In this document: in pieces, positions 1 through 11,862 of the stretch
How positions within the stretch are numbered: the first letter of the stretch is position 1
How the letters are laid out: each line of letters starts with the position of its first letter
DNA from: Octopus sinensis
Taxonomy: Eukaryota
Length of the DNA: 64,000 nt
Direction of reading: 5' to 3'
Assembly (NCBI RefSeq): GCF_006345805.1
Contig: NC_043013.1
Location: 12,338,001 to 12,402,000, forward strand
Made by a program: the position numbers and the translations under genes
The notes under the pieces: generated by a model
Told to the model about the DNA's origin: nothing
What the model saw: only the letters and a program-made list of their open reading frames with translations
Databases searched by the model: none

Positions 1-68
1 TAATAATAATAATAATAATGATGATGATAATGATAATAATAATAATAATAATAATAATGATGATAATG

Positions 69-103
<35 letters not shown>
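1..103. repeat. (AAT)n microsatellite with GAT interruptions
   Basis: Directly visible. Confidence 0.95.
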
Positions 104-640
104 GGCAGTGGCTCTCATGGCTTTTGAACTTAGCTGATTGGAAGTGTTATCATGTACATTGTTTTGTCTTGGTATAAAAGACGAACTACAGCAAATATTC
201 TGCTCAATAACACAGGTTTGTTTCTCAGTTGCTTGACCTTAACCAGTTGAGCATGTCCCTTAGTGGCTGACCATATGTGCATCTCTGAGCACGAGCAGAA
301 GTAGTGGGAGAGCATCATGCTTATAGGTTGAGAGGAATTCTTTGGAGTTTAAACAATTCACCTCTGGAAACATCGATGTTTTATTCATCACCCTTAAACA
401 AACCTTATTCAGGGACCTTTAGAGTAGGATGGGCTACTCGACCTGAACAAAATTCTAAGTGGGCCCCATCTGCAAGGTCATGCGCTGTTATCTTGATATG
501 AGATTACCATGTCACGAACATATGGCTGTGATACATGTCTCTGCTGTACCCTTATCAAACGGGTAGTCATGATGGGTATACTGAGCTTCGTATATTTGTA
601 CCCCAGTGTCACTTTGATGGCCTGCACTGCTCCCTCACTC
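104..640 (+). mobile_element. Non-coding interspersed element 'D' (about 550 bp) embedded in (AAT)n
   Basis: Homologous to 4278-4721 (+) and 53172-53727 (-). Ends ...CACTGCTC(C/T)CTCACTC followed by (AAT)n. AAT repeats on both sides in all three copies. Confidence 0.85.
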
Positions 641-661
641 AATAATAATAATAATAATAAC

Positions 662-720
<59 letters not shown>

Positions 721-740
721 TGATGATGGTGATGATGATG

Positions 741-827
<87 letters not shown>

Positions 828-828
828 T
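641..828. repeat. (AAT)n/(GAT)n microsatellite
   Basis: Directly visible; source of the poly-N ORF 509..931. Confidence 0.95.
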
Positions 829-1071
829 CATAATATCTCAGCGAAAGAGTTTGACAAGCTCAGAAAATATAAAGACCTACTCATTGAAATTGAGAAAATG
901 TGGCATCTCAAGGCGGTTACAATATCAGTGATCGTATTATCACTAGGAATGATCAAGAAGGGAACCGAAAATTATATGAGAATGATCCCTGGCTTACCAT
1001 CCCTGCAAGAAGTGCAAAAGATTGTCTTAACTGGTACATCACACGTATTGAGAAGAGCATTGTCGATGTGA
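829..1071 (+). pseudogene. C-terminal restriction-like endonuclease fragment of an R4/Dong-clade non-LTR retrotransposon
   Basis: Stop-free frame without ATG (missed by the ORF track): HNISAKEFDKLRKYKDLLIEIEKMWHLKAVTISVIVLSLGMIKKGTENYMRMIPGLPSLQEVQKIVLTGTSHVLRRALSM*. It matches the R4/Dong pattern N-x-x-x-KE-x-x-K-x-x-KY-x-x-L ... W ... G ... QK-x-x-L-x-GT-x-x-x-LR. Confidence 0.85.
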
Positions 1072-1239
1072 GAACTGTTGCTGCTCATGTTTTTTAATAT
1101 AACTTAAAAAAAAAAAAAATGAACGAACTATTGAGTTTGGTTTAATGGCCTACCAATGTATACTATGAGTTTCTTTGCCCTAGGAGTCGGGAAGACACTC
1201 GGCAAGAAATGGAAGCAAATTTGAAAGAAGAAAAAAAAA

Positions 1240-1240
<1 letters not shown>
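829..1240 (+). mobile_element. 5'-truncated R4/Dong-like LINE (RLE end plus 3' UTR) inserted in a TAA repeat
   Basis: The coding remnant is followed by about 170 bp of A-rich UTR and a (TAA)n tail. Dong elements are known to target TAA repeats. Confidence 0.75.

Positions 1241-1308
<68 letters not shown>
1241..1308. repeat. (TAA)n abutting (TTA)n: self-complementary microsatellite
   Basis: Directly visible; strand switch at 1276/1277. Confidence 0.9.
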
Positions 1309-1344
1309 GTTGTTGTTATTATTATGGAGCGTAAGAGAAGGGTA

Positions 1345-1530
1345 ATTGTTTCAAATTTTTGACAAAAACCCAATAATTTTAGAGAAGGGCCCATCAGGCA
1401 CTTATTCTATCGACTTTGAAAGAATGAAAGCCAAAGCTGACCCATGCGGAATTTGAACCACAGACATAAACAGCCGTAATTAAAACGTAAAAAGCAATTT
1501 GACCAACGGTTTAACGATTCAGCCAATCCA
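1345..1530 (-). mobile_element. Degenerate SINE family B
   Basis: ATCGAC...GAATGAAAGCCAAAGCTGACC...GGAATTTGAAC is the reverse complement of the family B core and B-box. Confidence 0.7.
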
Positions 1531-1599
1531 ACGATCCTTTTGAATTAAAATTAAATTTTTTTTTTAAATTGGTTTTTAAAAATGTAAAAACATGAAAAG

Positions 1600-1721
1600 A
1601 GGAAATGATGATGATAATGATGATGATGATGGTGATGGTGGTGGTGGTGGTGGTGATGAGGAGGAGAAGGATATCAATACACCCACCACTACCCGACCAC
1701 CATATACAACCACCACCATCG

Positions 1722-1763
<42 letters not shown>

Positions 1764-1947
1764 GTACTAGTACAATCACTACAACTATAATTACTACTAC
1801 TGCTGCTGCTGCTGCTGGTGTTACTGCTCTTTTGGTTGCTGCTGCTCCCGGCCGCAACAGGAAAATTGATGATGATGAATATGATGATAATCTGGCGTAT
1901 AAGTGGGAGAGTGAGCAGCAACAACAGCAACAGCAACAACAGCAGCC

Positions 1948-1988
<41 letters not shown>

Positions 1989-2010
1989 GATTATTATGAT
2001 TATTATTTAT
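1600..2010. repeat. Mosaic trinucleotide repeats (GAT, GGT, ACT, GCT, CAA, TTA)
   Basis: Directly visible. Confidence 0.9.
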
Positions 2011-2569
2011 TTTTTTTTTTTTGGTAATAGAAGAAGTAGTGTAGCGGCAGTAAGAAGAGGGGTATAGGGAGGAGTTACCAAGCAGAGTAATCAATCAATA
2101 CTTATTAATCTTTTCATCTTTTGTTGATTAAACAATGTTGTTGTTTTCTTCGTCAATAAATAAATATTGCTGATGTTCTTGTTGTTGTTGTTGTTGTTGT
2201 TGTAGTCAGTGTTGTAGTTTGTTGTTATTGTTGTTGTTGCTGTTGTTGTTGCTGTTGTTGTTGTTAGTAATGGTGAGGATGGTGACGGCTTTGTTGTCGG
2301 TGATGTGACTCTCGTAATTATTGTTGATGTTGTTGTAATTTGCGTTGTCAGTTATTGATGGTGATGCTATTCATGATGATAATGACGAGGATGATGATGA
2401 TGATGTATGTATTGTTGTTGTTGTTTTTGTTGATGTTTGCATTGTTCCCGTTCATGTCGTTATTACTTTTGTCGTTGTTGTTGTTGTTGCTGATGCTGTT
2501 ACTTATACGCCTAAATATAGACAGCGAATACAGACACTTAGATGAAAAAAAATATTACGGCTGATGCTA

Positions 2570-2573
2570 TTGG

Positions 2574-2632
<59 letters not shown>

Positions 2633-3135
2633 TTGATGATGATGATGATGATGATGAAGAGGAGCAAGGGCAGGAAAAGACGGTGGAAGAGGACGAAGGA
2701 GAGGGACAGAAGAAGAATAGCAAGGTGAATGAGATTCATCCTACATCATCCTCATCCTCATCATCACCACCACCACCACCACCACCACCATCATCGTCGT
2801 CGTCATCATCATCATTGTCGCCGCCATCGTTTTTGTCGCCGTTCATCATCACCACCACCACCACCACCACCACCACCACCACCACCATCATCGTCGTCGT
2901 CATCATCATCATTGTCGCCGCCATCGTTTTTGTCGCCGTTCATCATCACCACCACCACCACCACCACCACCACCACCATCATCGTCGTCGTCATCATCAT
3001 CATTGTCGCCGCCATCGTTTTTGTCGCCGTTCATCATCACCACCACTACCACCATCATCGTCGTCGTTGTCATCATCATCATCATTGTCATCGTCATCGT
3101 CTTTATCGCCGTCCATCATCATCATCATCATCATT
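2570..3135. repeat. (GAT)n, then three tandem about 120-bp units built of (CAC)/(CAT)/(CGT) runs
   Basis: The motif CATTGTCGCCGCCATCGTTTTTGTCGCCGTTCATC recurs three times between 2813 and 3035. Confidence 0.9.
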
Positions 3136-3374
3136 ATTATTCAGAAAAACATAACCGAAAATCGTGTTTTTTTTTTTAATATAAAGGTTTTATTTTATTT
3201 ATGACCCCCTTATTTTCATAGCCTCTGTCCACAATCGTTTCTTTGGTGGGCAGTTGTCTCTCACTGGTCTAAATGTGTCTGTATGCCAGAAATAGGACGA
3301 AGATATTATTGCAAATGAGAGGGATCAACCTCCTCGACCAATCTCATAGACAATTGAGGCAACGACAGAGTATT

Positions 3375-3560
3375 TATGTAGTGGCCCGGTATGCTAGAAA
3401 TAGAAGCCAAATCTTACTAAAATCACAGTTGGGTAATATGGCCCCGAGTTCTCAGTATATAAGGAGAAGAGGCGATGTTTACTTAGTGGAATGATTTTGA
3501 CCGTTGGACTATTTGATTGAAGCTGACCTGGGGCTGAACAACAACAACATCAAAAACTTG
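3375..3560 (+). mobile_element. Interspersed repeat 'H' fragment
   Basis: ATGCTAGAAATAG(C)AGCCAAATC...GCTGACCTGGGGCT(A/G)AACAA. Related pieces at about 18380, 38070-38190, 39210-39320 (-) and 48540 (-). Confidence 0.65.
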
Positions 3561-4184
3561 ATATACAATCAAAACATCGAGTGATTATCTATGTAGAAAT
3601 ACCTACCAAGTTTCTCTCAAATCGCGCCACACTATCTGATATACGGCTAGGATTAACTGAATGATGACTTAAATACCTCTAATTATGGTCACAGTTGGAA
3701 TGTTTTTGCTCATCAGCTGCCTTGGGGTAGAAACAATATTGACAATATGGTATATAATTGCTGTTGTTTTTGTTTTAAAAGATTGTTGAAGCTGTTATTG
3801 TCGTTATGATCTAGGTACATCCTCAATGACGGAACCATGAGCAAGAACAATCCGACCATGACCATCTCCTTCCTTCTCCAAACAGCATCAAGAAACACAT
3901 TATCCAATGCAGTGTGATTTGAAAAGATATTTGGGAACTATTTCTGGAACATAGAGTGACAATGTAGACACGTTATTGAATTAAGGTTGTTGTTGTTGCT
4001 GCCAATGTTGTTGTTGGTGCTATCATCGTTACGCATTTGTCTTTCAATGCAAAGTTACACAACAAAACTTTTGAGAGTAAGTCCACAAGTTCAGTACCCC
4101 AGACATTCTATGTATTAATAACGTAAGCACTAAGACACTTGATATGACGAGCAAGAAAGCTTCGACTAATCTTGAAGACTCTAA

Positions 4185-4270
<86 letters not shown>

Positions 4271-4277
4271 TAATAAT

Positions 4278-4721
4278 TGGGCTAAAGCAAATATTCTGCT
4301 CAATACCACAGTTTGACCTTAACTATTTGAGCATGACCCTTTAGTGGCTGACGATATGTGCATCTCTGATCACGAGCAATAGTAGTGGGGGAGCATCATA
4401 GCCATGTGTTGAGAGGGATTCTTTGGAATTTGAATAATTCACCTCTGGAAACATGGGTGTTTCGTTCAACCTCCTTAAACATCCCTTATTCATGGACCTT
4501 TTGAGCAGGATGGGTTACTCGACCAGAAGAAAATTCTAACTGGGCCCCACATGCAAGGTCATGTGCTGTTTATCTTGATATGAGTTCACCATGTCGTTCA
4601 CACATGGTTGTGATGCATATGCCTAGTGTACCCTTGTCAGACGGGTAGTAAGGATGGGTATACTGGGCTTCGTATATTTTACCCCAGAGTCACTTTGATG
4701 GCATGCACTGCTCTCTCACTC
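4278..4721 (+). mobile_element. Element D, 5'-truncated, between AAT tracts
   Basis: Aligns with 190-640 by eye; followed by (AAT)n then (AAG)n. Confidence 0.85.
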
Positions 4722-4820
<99 letters not shown>

Positions 4821-5155
4821 AAGAAGAACTCTAACTGTACTAAGCGGGGTGGGTAAACATTAGGCAGATGGTTAAATAGGCAGAGAAAGTATTCCCAATT
4901 AAAAAAAAATCAAATTAGGTGTACCTCACCGAAATCTAATTCAAGTATTATTTGAAGTAGGCATGTGGTAAGCAGATACATTAATCTGATATTTAGGCAA
5001 AAGTTCCTGTTGTTCCGTATTATTAGACGGACTCTGCGAAAAGATAGTCTTTAATGTGACTGCCGAATAGGCAAGAACTAGTATGTATTTTGTGAGGTGT
5101 ACAGTGTAGAACGCTTGCATGAATCCATGTACGCACACATTCACAGCTACATATA

Positions 5156-5281
<126 letters not shown>

Positions 5282-5284
5282 CAA

Positions 5285-5440
5285 TTCGTAACGTAGCGGT
5301 TCGGCAATAAAGACCGATACAATACGTACCACGCTGCAATAAAAAAATAAGTACTGGAAACGATTCATTCAAGTTAAAATTCTGCAAAGCGGTGCCCCAG
5401 CATGGCCATAGCCTAATAACTGGAACAAATAAAAGATAAA
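5285..5440 (+). mobile_element. SINE family A, 3' part
   Basis: GCGGTTCGGCAA...GACCGATA...GCGGTGCCCCAGCATGGCC...AAATAAAAG. Confidence 0.8.
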
Positions 5441-5461
5441 AGCTATATATACACACAAATA

Positions 5462-5498
<37 letters not shown>

Positions 5499-5499
<1 letters not shown>

Positions 5500-6053
5500 A
5501 AAACTGTACTGGGAGAAGAAGAAACGAATCGAATCGACGCGAGGGCGCTCAGTCATACAATAGTGTAATAAATAAAATATATGCATACATACATACAAAT
5601 ATGTACGTACCTACATCTACATGTATATATACATGCATATATAAATATATATACGTGAGTACAGGACACCACAAATAGACGCAGAACTCAACGAGAACGA
5701 AAACGTGAAAACAAACATGGAACGGACTTTTTTTACAACGAAAACAGAGTAAAGACAAACTACACAAGGAAAATCCCCTTCATCAGTGTCCCTAGTTCAA
5801 CTCCAGCGTGTTCGAAGGTGAGGACAGAACACGACTCGTCGAACTAGCCCTTCCTGCGAAGAAATTAAAGAAAATTACTTCGCAGAGGGGTAAAAACAAG
5901 GAAAAAGACAAAATGTGACACCAAACAGGACTAAAAATGATAAAAATAAATTACAAAATAAAATACAAAATATAAATACAATTACAAAAAAATACAATAC
6001 AAGAAATAAAAACAAACAAGAAAACAACCAAAGAGGGCCTTTTTTGCCTAGAC
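5499..6053 (-). repeat. Long direct repeat, copy 1 (PLE pLTR-like, carries hammerhead-like boxes on the minus strand)
   Basis: Highly similar to 6285-6845, from AAAAACTGTACTGGG to GCCTAGAC. Confidence 0.85.
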
Positions 6054-6284
6054 GAGGAGAGATTCAAGGAGCGCAAGAAAACCGTGTGTTTACAGTTAGG
6101 AGGCCGCATGCAAAAGGAAGTATTTTGGCCGGCAGTGAGAGAGATGAGGAGGAGTGAGAGAGAGAGAGAGAGCTAGAGGAAGACAAACGGCTGTGAGAGA
6201 GATGAGGAGGAGTGAGAGAGAGGGAAAGGGAGAGAAGAGAAAGTTAAGCAAAGAGGTATAGTGTTTCGCGTCATAATTATATAT

Positions 6285-6845
6285 AAAAACTGTACTGGGA
6301 GAAGAAACGAATCGAATTGACGCGAGGGCGCTCAGTCATACAATAGTGTAATAAATAAAATATATGCATACATACATACATATATGTACGTACCTACATC
6401 TACATGTATATATACATGCATATATAAATATATATACGTGAGTACAGGACACCACAAATAGACGCAGAACTCAACGAGAACGAAAACGTGAAAACAAGCA
6501 TGGAACGGACCTTTTTTTACAACGAAAAACAGGTACAAGACAAACTACACAAGGAAAATCCCTTCATCAGCTGTCCCTAGTTAAACTCAGCGTGTTTCGA
6601 AGTGGAGGACAGAACACGACTCGTCGAACTAGCCCTTCTGCGAAGAAATTAAAGAAAAGTACTTCGCAGAGGGGTAAAAACAAGGAAAGAACAAAATGTG
6701 ACACAAACAGGACGTACAAATGATACAAATAAAATTATAAAATAAAATACAAAATATAAATACAATTACAAAAAAATACAATACAAGAAATAAAAACAAA
6801 CAAGAAAACAAGAAAACAACCAAAGAGGGCCTTTTTTGCCTAGAC
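6285..6845 (-). repeat. Long direct repeat, copy 2
   Basis: See copy 1; separated by a 231-bp GA-rich spacer. Confidence 0.85.
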
Positions 6846-7059
6846 TATATACATATACTCATAGATGTATATATGTATGTATACGAGTAGCAGTGTGTAT
6901 ATATATATATATATATGTTTATGTGTGTGCATAGATATATATATTTATATGCATGTATATGGGTATATATGTATATAAATGGGTGTATATATATATATGT
7001 ATGTATATGGGTATATATGTATATAAATGGGTGTATAGATATATATATATATAATATGC

Positions 7060-7099
<40 letters not shown>

Positions 7100-7124
7100 T
7101 ATATGTATATATATGTGCATATAT

Positions 7125-7340
7125 GAGTACAGAACGTCACCAACAGTAAACAACATGAAGTACGAAAACAACATGAGAATAAAGTGGAAAACAGGACGAG
7201 TAACACAAAGAACGATCCTTCATCAGTTGTCGGCTGTCTATCTACTTCTCATTTCAGGTATCCAACAACAATATGAGTCTTCGAAGACAATTGGTCCTAT
7301 AAATACCAAAATAGAATTTGGGATTTATGGAGGGTTAATG
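7125..7340 (-). mobile_element. PLE-like 3' fragment in (TA)n
   Basis: Homologous to 12830-13100 and 14035-14195 (GACAGCCGACAACTGATGAAGG-TCGTTCTTT). Confidence 0.6.
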
Positions 7341-7345
7341 TATAT

Positions 7346-7389
<44 letters not shown>

Positions 7390-7619
7390 TATATATATAT
7401 ATATATATATAAATATATAAATATGCAAACATAAATAAGTCAAGTATAAGGTTTAAGAATTGTGGTTAAGAAAATACGTGTTAAACACGGTATCAAAACC
7501 TTATTTCAGGGTAAGTCTCACTTTATTATCCCACCTGAGCAGTCTTCTACGCACTGTGCATTGTATCTGATGTTATTGCGAGGTGAAGTGGTGAATGCTG
7601 GAGGAACAAGCTTTGACAA

Positions 7620-7808
7620 GAGACAGGCAAAAATGTCTGTTGTCTCTTTTAGCGTAAGGAGGAGAAAGAACTTCACCGTTCTCAATCTCTCCCTCTCTCT
7701 CTCCCCAACTCTTCCTCCTTGACTCACTCGTTGCTCACACGTGACCAGCGGCTATCTTTCTTTCTCCTGCTTACGCTACAAGAGACAACACACATTTTTG
7801 CCTGTCTC
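7620..7808. repeat. Fold-back: 50-bp inverted arms with 3 mismatches, 89-nt loop
   Basis: 7620-7669 GAGACAGGCAAAAATGTCTGTTGTCTC... versus 7759-7808. Confidence 0.9.
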
Positions 7809-8329
7809 CTGAGAAGGATAGAATAATTACTAAGCTTATAAAGAGTAAGTCCGGCTCCTATTCGTTCGACTAAAGCGGTGCTCCAGCATGACCACTGTCA
7901 AATGACTGAAATAAATAAAAGAATAAAAGAATAAAGCATATATGTGTGTGTGTATACACACAGACACACACATATATACACAGTGTTAATAGCTATGCAT
8001 GTGTGTGTATGTGTGTGTGTTTAAACTCAATGAACTGAGTTTTACCAATCGCAAATGATATTCATATACCTTTAGCCTAGACGTGATTTCTCCCCCTCCT
8101 CTCATCCGTTCTGGCCATCCTGCCCATCATCCCTCATCACCAACCACCATCGTTTTTTGTTTGTTTGTTTTTGTTGCAGCTTCTTCTGTTTTTGGCCTTT
8201 ATCTCCTTCCATACCCATCAAATCATATTCGTTGTTGTGGACAATAACTTCTATTTTGGTGGCTCCACATTGGAACAGACATCAGGATCATCAACTATCA
8301 ATCTATCAATGCTACCACCACCACCACCA

Positions 8330-9195
8330 CCACAACCACGATCACCACCACCACCACCAACAACAACACAACCACCATCACCACCACCACTACTACCACC
8401 AGCACCACTACCACCACCGCTACCACCATCAGCATCATCACCACCACCACCACCACCACCACCCCACCACCACCACCACCACCACCGCTACCACCATCAC
8501 CATCATCAGCATCACCACCACCACCACCGCTACCAACAACACCTACTAAGGCCAGTACCGACAATTGCAAACAGTAACCACTACCTGCAATAACAGTAGC
8601 AACAACGGCAGAGGCACCACCAACACAACTGTAACCGCTACTACTATCATCAACTCGCACTACCAGCACCATCCCCTGACTGCAACCATCACCACCACCA
8701 CCACCACCACTACCCTACCACTAACACAGACACTAACGCGCCGCCGCCGCCACCACCATCAACACTCCTATTACCACGACCACCACCAACATCATCACCA
8801 CAACCATCGTCACCACCACCAGCACCGACACCAACATTGCCACCGCCAACATTAACACCACCACTACCAACACCACCGACACCAAGACCGCCATCACCAA
8901 CATCACTACAACTGCTACCGCCACTATCACCACTACCATCAACACCGTTACCAGTAACAGCTCCACCAGCCTCACTAACACTGTCACCATCCACACAACC
9001 ACCACCAACACCACCACCGCTTCCACTACCGTCATCATTACCACCACTACAACCACGTGCACCACCAACAACACCAACACAACACCCCCACCACTACCAC
9101 TACCACAGTTATCTCGCACACCATTAGCTACAACACCAACAACACTCGCCACCAACCCGTAAATTATCACCACCACTACCACCACTACCAACGGC

Positions 9196-9226
<31 letters not shown>

Positions 9227-9810
9227 TTGTCTAGCCGACCACCAACGCCAGCACCATCACGACCACCATCACAAGCGTAACCACTACCTCCACTACCGCC
9301 GCTGCCGCCATCACCACTACCATCACCACCACTACCAACAGCACCGACAACATCGCCACCACCAACAACATTGTCTAGCCGACCACCGACGCCAACACCA
9401 CCATGACCACTACAAGCATAGCCACTACCTCCGCTACCGCTACTGCCACCACCACCACCATCACCACCACCACCGGCACTACCAAATGGCAACAAAACCT
9501 CCTACACCACCAACAACAACAACATCGTCTAGCCCACAACCAATACCAACACCACGATCGCCACCACCACCCACCATCTCGAACATAGCCACCGCCGCCA
9601 CCGCCACCGCCGCCACCTCCACCGCCGCCACCGCTACCACCGCCACCGCCACCGCCACCGCCCCGCCACCGCCACCGCCGCCACCGCCACCGCCGCCCAC
9701 CGCACCCACCGCCACGCCACCGCCGCCACCGCCACCGCCGCCACCGCCACCGCCGCCACCGCCACCGCCGCCACCGCCACCGCCACCGCCGCCACCGCCA
9801 CCGCCGCCGT
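8330..9810. repeat. Large C/A-rich (CAC/ACC/GCC)n mosaic with embedded tandem units
   Basis: Directly visible; source of the poly-P, poly-H, poly-T and poly-G ORFs. Confidence 0.9.
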
Positions 9811-10317
9811 CACCACTGAACAATGTAACTAGCGATGCGAACATCAGGCCTGAAACAGCGAGTCGCTATCGATTTCTGTTGGCTTCGAACTCTACTACTT
9901 CTAATGAACCGGTACAAAATCTGATTGTCGTGGCGGCTCCTTCTTTCATGTAAGAAACATCGTATCATAACACCGGCACAACAGACCACACCCCTCTCCA
10001 CACTACACTACACCCCACCCCTCTCCACAACCGGACTGCACGTTCGCCATCCCCATCACCCTCGCCACGCCAAAAATACCAACTGACCAACACCCTAAAA
10101 TCTTCCTAGCACCAACACTTATCTATTCTTTACTTGCCTCGCCACCCACTAAATACAATGCGATCCCTTATCAAACAACCAACAAGAATACCATTTGTTA
10201 TTGTTGCTGTTGTTGTTGTTGTTACCCTTCTTCAACTTGTTATTGTTGTTGTTCTTCTTCTCCTTTTTCTGTTTCATCGTTTCCTTCTTTTTTCCTCCTC
10301 CATCAACTTCTTCTTGT

Positions 10318-10389
<72 letters not shown>

Positions 10390-10941
10390 ATTTACATTAT
10401 TATCATTATTATTATTATTAATATTTACATTATTATCATTATTATTTCCTTTCTCCCACTTCCATTTCTTCCTCTCTCCCCCACTTCCCCTTCTCCAACT
10501 CCTTCACTTAATACTCCTACGCCTCCTCTAACTAATCCAACCCTCCTTCTCCCTCGTCTTCCAGCCAGTCACCATCACCATTTCATCCCACTTTCTTCAT
10601 CATTATCGCTATCAACATACCTCTTCTTATAAACATCACAACAAATACCATACCATCATTCGTTATCATCACCGCCATTAACACCACCACCAATAACACC
10701 ACCCCCACCACTATCACCACCACCACCATCATCATCATCATTGCCATTATGAATCCTCACAAAACTCCATTTATCAATAACCACACGGACTTCCTCAATA
10801 CACACTTCTTTCGCATCATAAGGTAATATAAACACGTTGTCTACTTAACACTATTACGATTGTAAGTGTATGATAAAACAGTAGATCGTCTGCAATAGGT
10901 GTATTTGTGCGTTTACCACGATTTTATTATTTGTCTACCAC

Positions 10942-10984
<43 letters not shown>

Positions 10985-10988
<4 letters not shown>

Positions 10989-11189
10989 CGGAGTAAACAC
11001 ATAAATGTGAATCAAGGTGGAAAAAAGAGTACTCAAATACCAGTGGTAGAGTAATATGCTTTATTTAAAGCAGCAGAAAATTCAACAAAAGCTGTTACTC
11101 TGAGTTTCCCGTTGCCGTTCATCGGACAGTTTTTGCAACGGGAAACTCAGAGTAACAGGTTTTGTTGAATTTTCGCTGCTTTAAATAAA

Positions 11190-11190
<1 letters not shown>
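10985..11190 (-). mobile_element. About 200-bp hammerhead-bearing element flanked by (TA)n, with an inverted partial duplication
   Basis: Inverted arms 11059-11115 and 11135-11190; (TA)n on both sides. Confidence 0.7.
11092..11129 (-). ncRNA. Minimal type-I hammerhead ribozyme (U4C core)
   Basis: Minus strand: CTGT CCGATGA ACGGCAACGG GAAAC TCAGA GTA ACAG. Stem I CUGU/ACAG, short stem II with a GCAA loop, stem III ACUC-A-GAGU, GUA cleavage site. Confidence 0.65.
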
Positions 11191-11259
<69 letters not shown>

Positions 11260-11674
11260 CTCTTTTACTCTTTTACTCTTTTACTTGTTTCAGTCCTTGA
11301 CTGCGGCCATGCTGGAGCACCACCTTTAGTCGAGCGACTCGACCCGGGACTTATTCTTTTTTTTTTTTTTTTTGTAACCCCAGTACTTATGCTATCGGTC
11401 TCTTTGCCGAACCGCTAAGTAACGGGGACATAAACACACCAGCATCGGTTGTCAAGCAATGCTAGGGGGACAAACACAGACACACAAACAAACCACATAC
11501 ATATATATACGTATATATACGACAGGCTTCTTTCAGTTTCCGTCTACCAAATCCACTCACAAGGCATTGGTCGGCCCGGGGCTATAGCAGAAGACACTTG
11601 CCCAAGATGCCACGCAGTGGGACTGAACCCGGAACCATGTGGTTGGTTAGCAAGCTACTTACCACACCTGCGCC

Positions 11675-11675
<1 letters not shown>
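11260..11675 (-). mobile_element. SINE family A, full length (tRNA-derived)
   Basis: A-box-like GTGGTAAG, B-box-like GGTTCAGTCC, internal TA/TG linker and 3' GGTGCTCCAGCATGGCCGCAGTC...(AAAAGAGT)n tail. Confidence 0.9.
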
Positions 11676-11737
<62 letters not shown>

Positions 11738-11862
11738 ATTGCGAGTAAAACCAAGAGTGCGTTGCATCCTTTAATTAGTAAGTTAAGAAATTTTACGATG
11801 TATAGTAAACGCACAAACGAAAGACAGGCACAGAATGAAAGTTAAAAAAAAAATATATATAA

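Noticed and set aside
9828-9870. TAGC-GATGCGA..GAAAC..GTC-GCTA, hammerhead-like spacing
   Set aside because: The core matches only G8/A9 and no stem II forms. The pairing arises from a local AGCGA/TCGCT palindrome.
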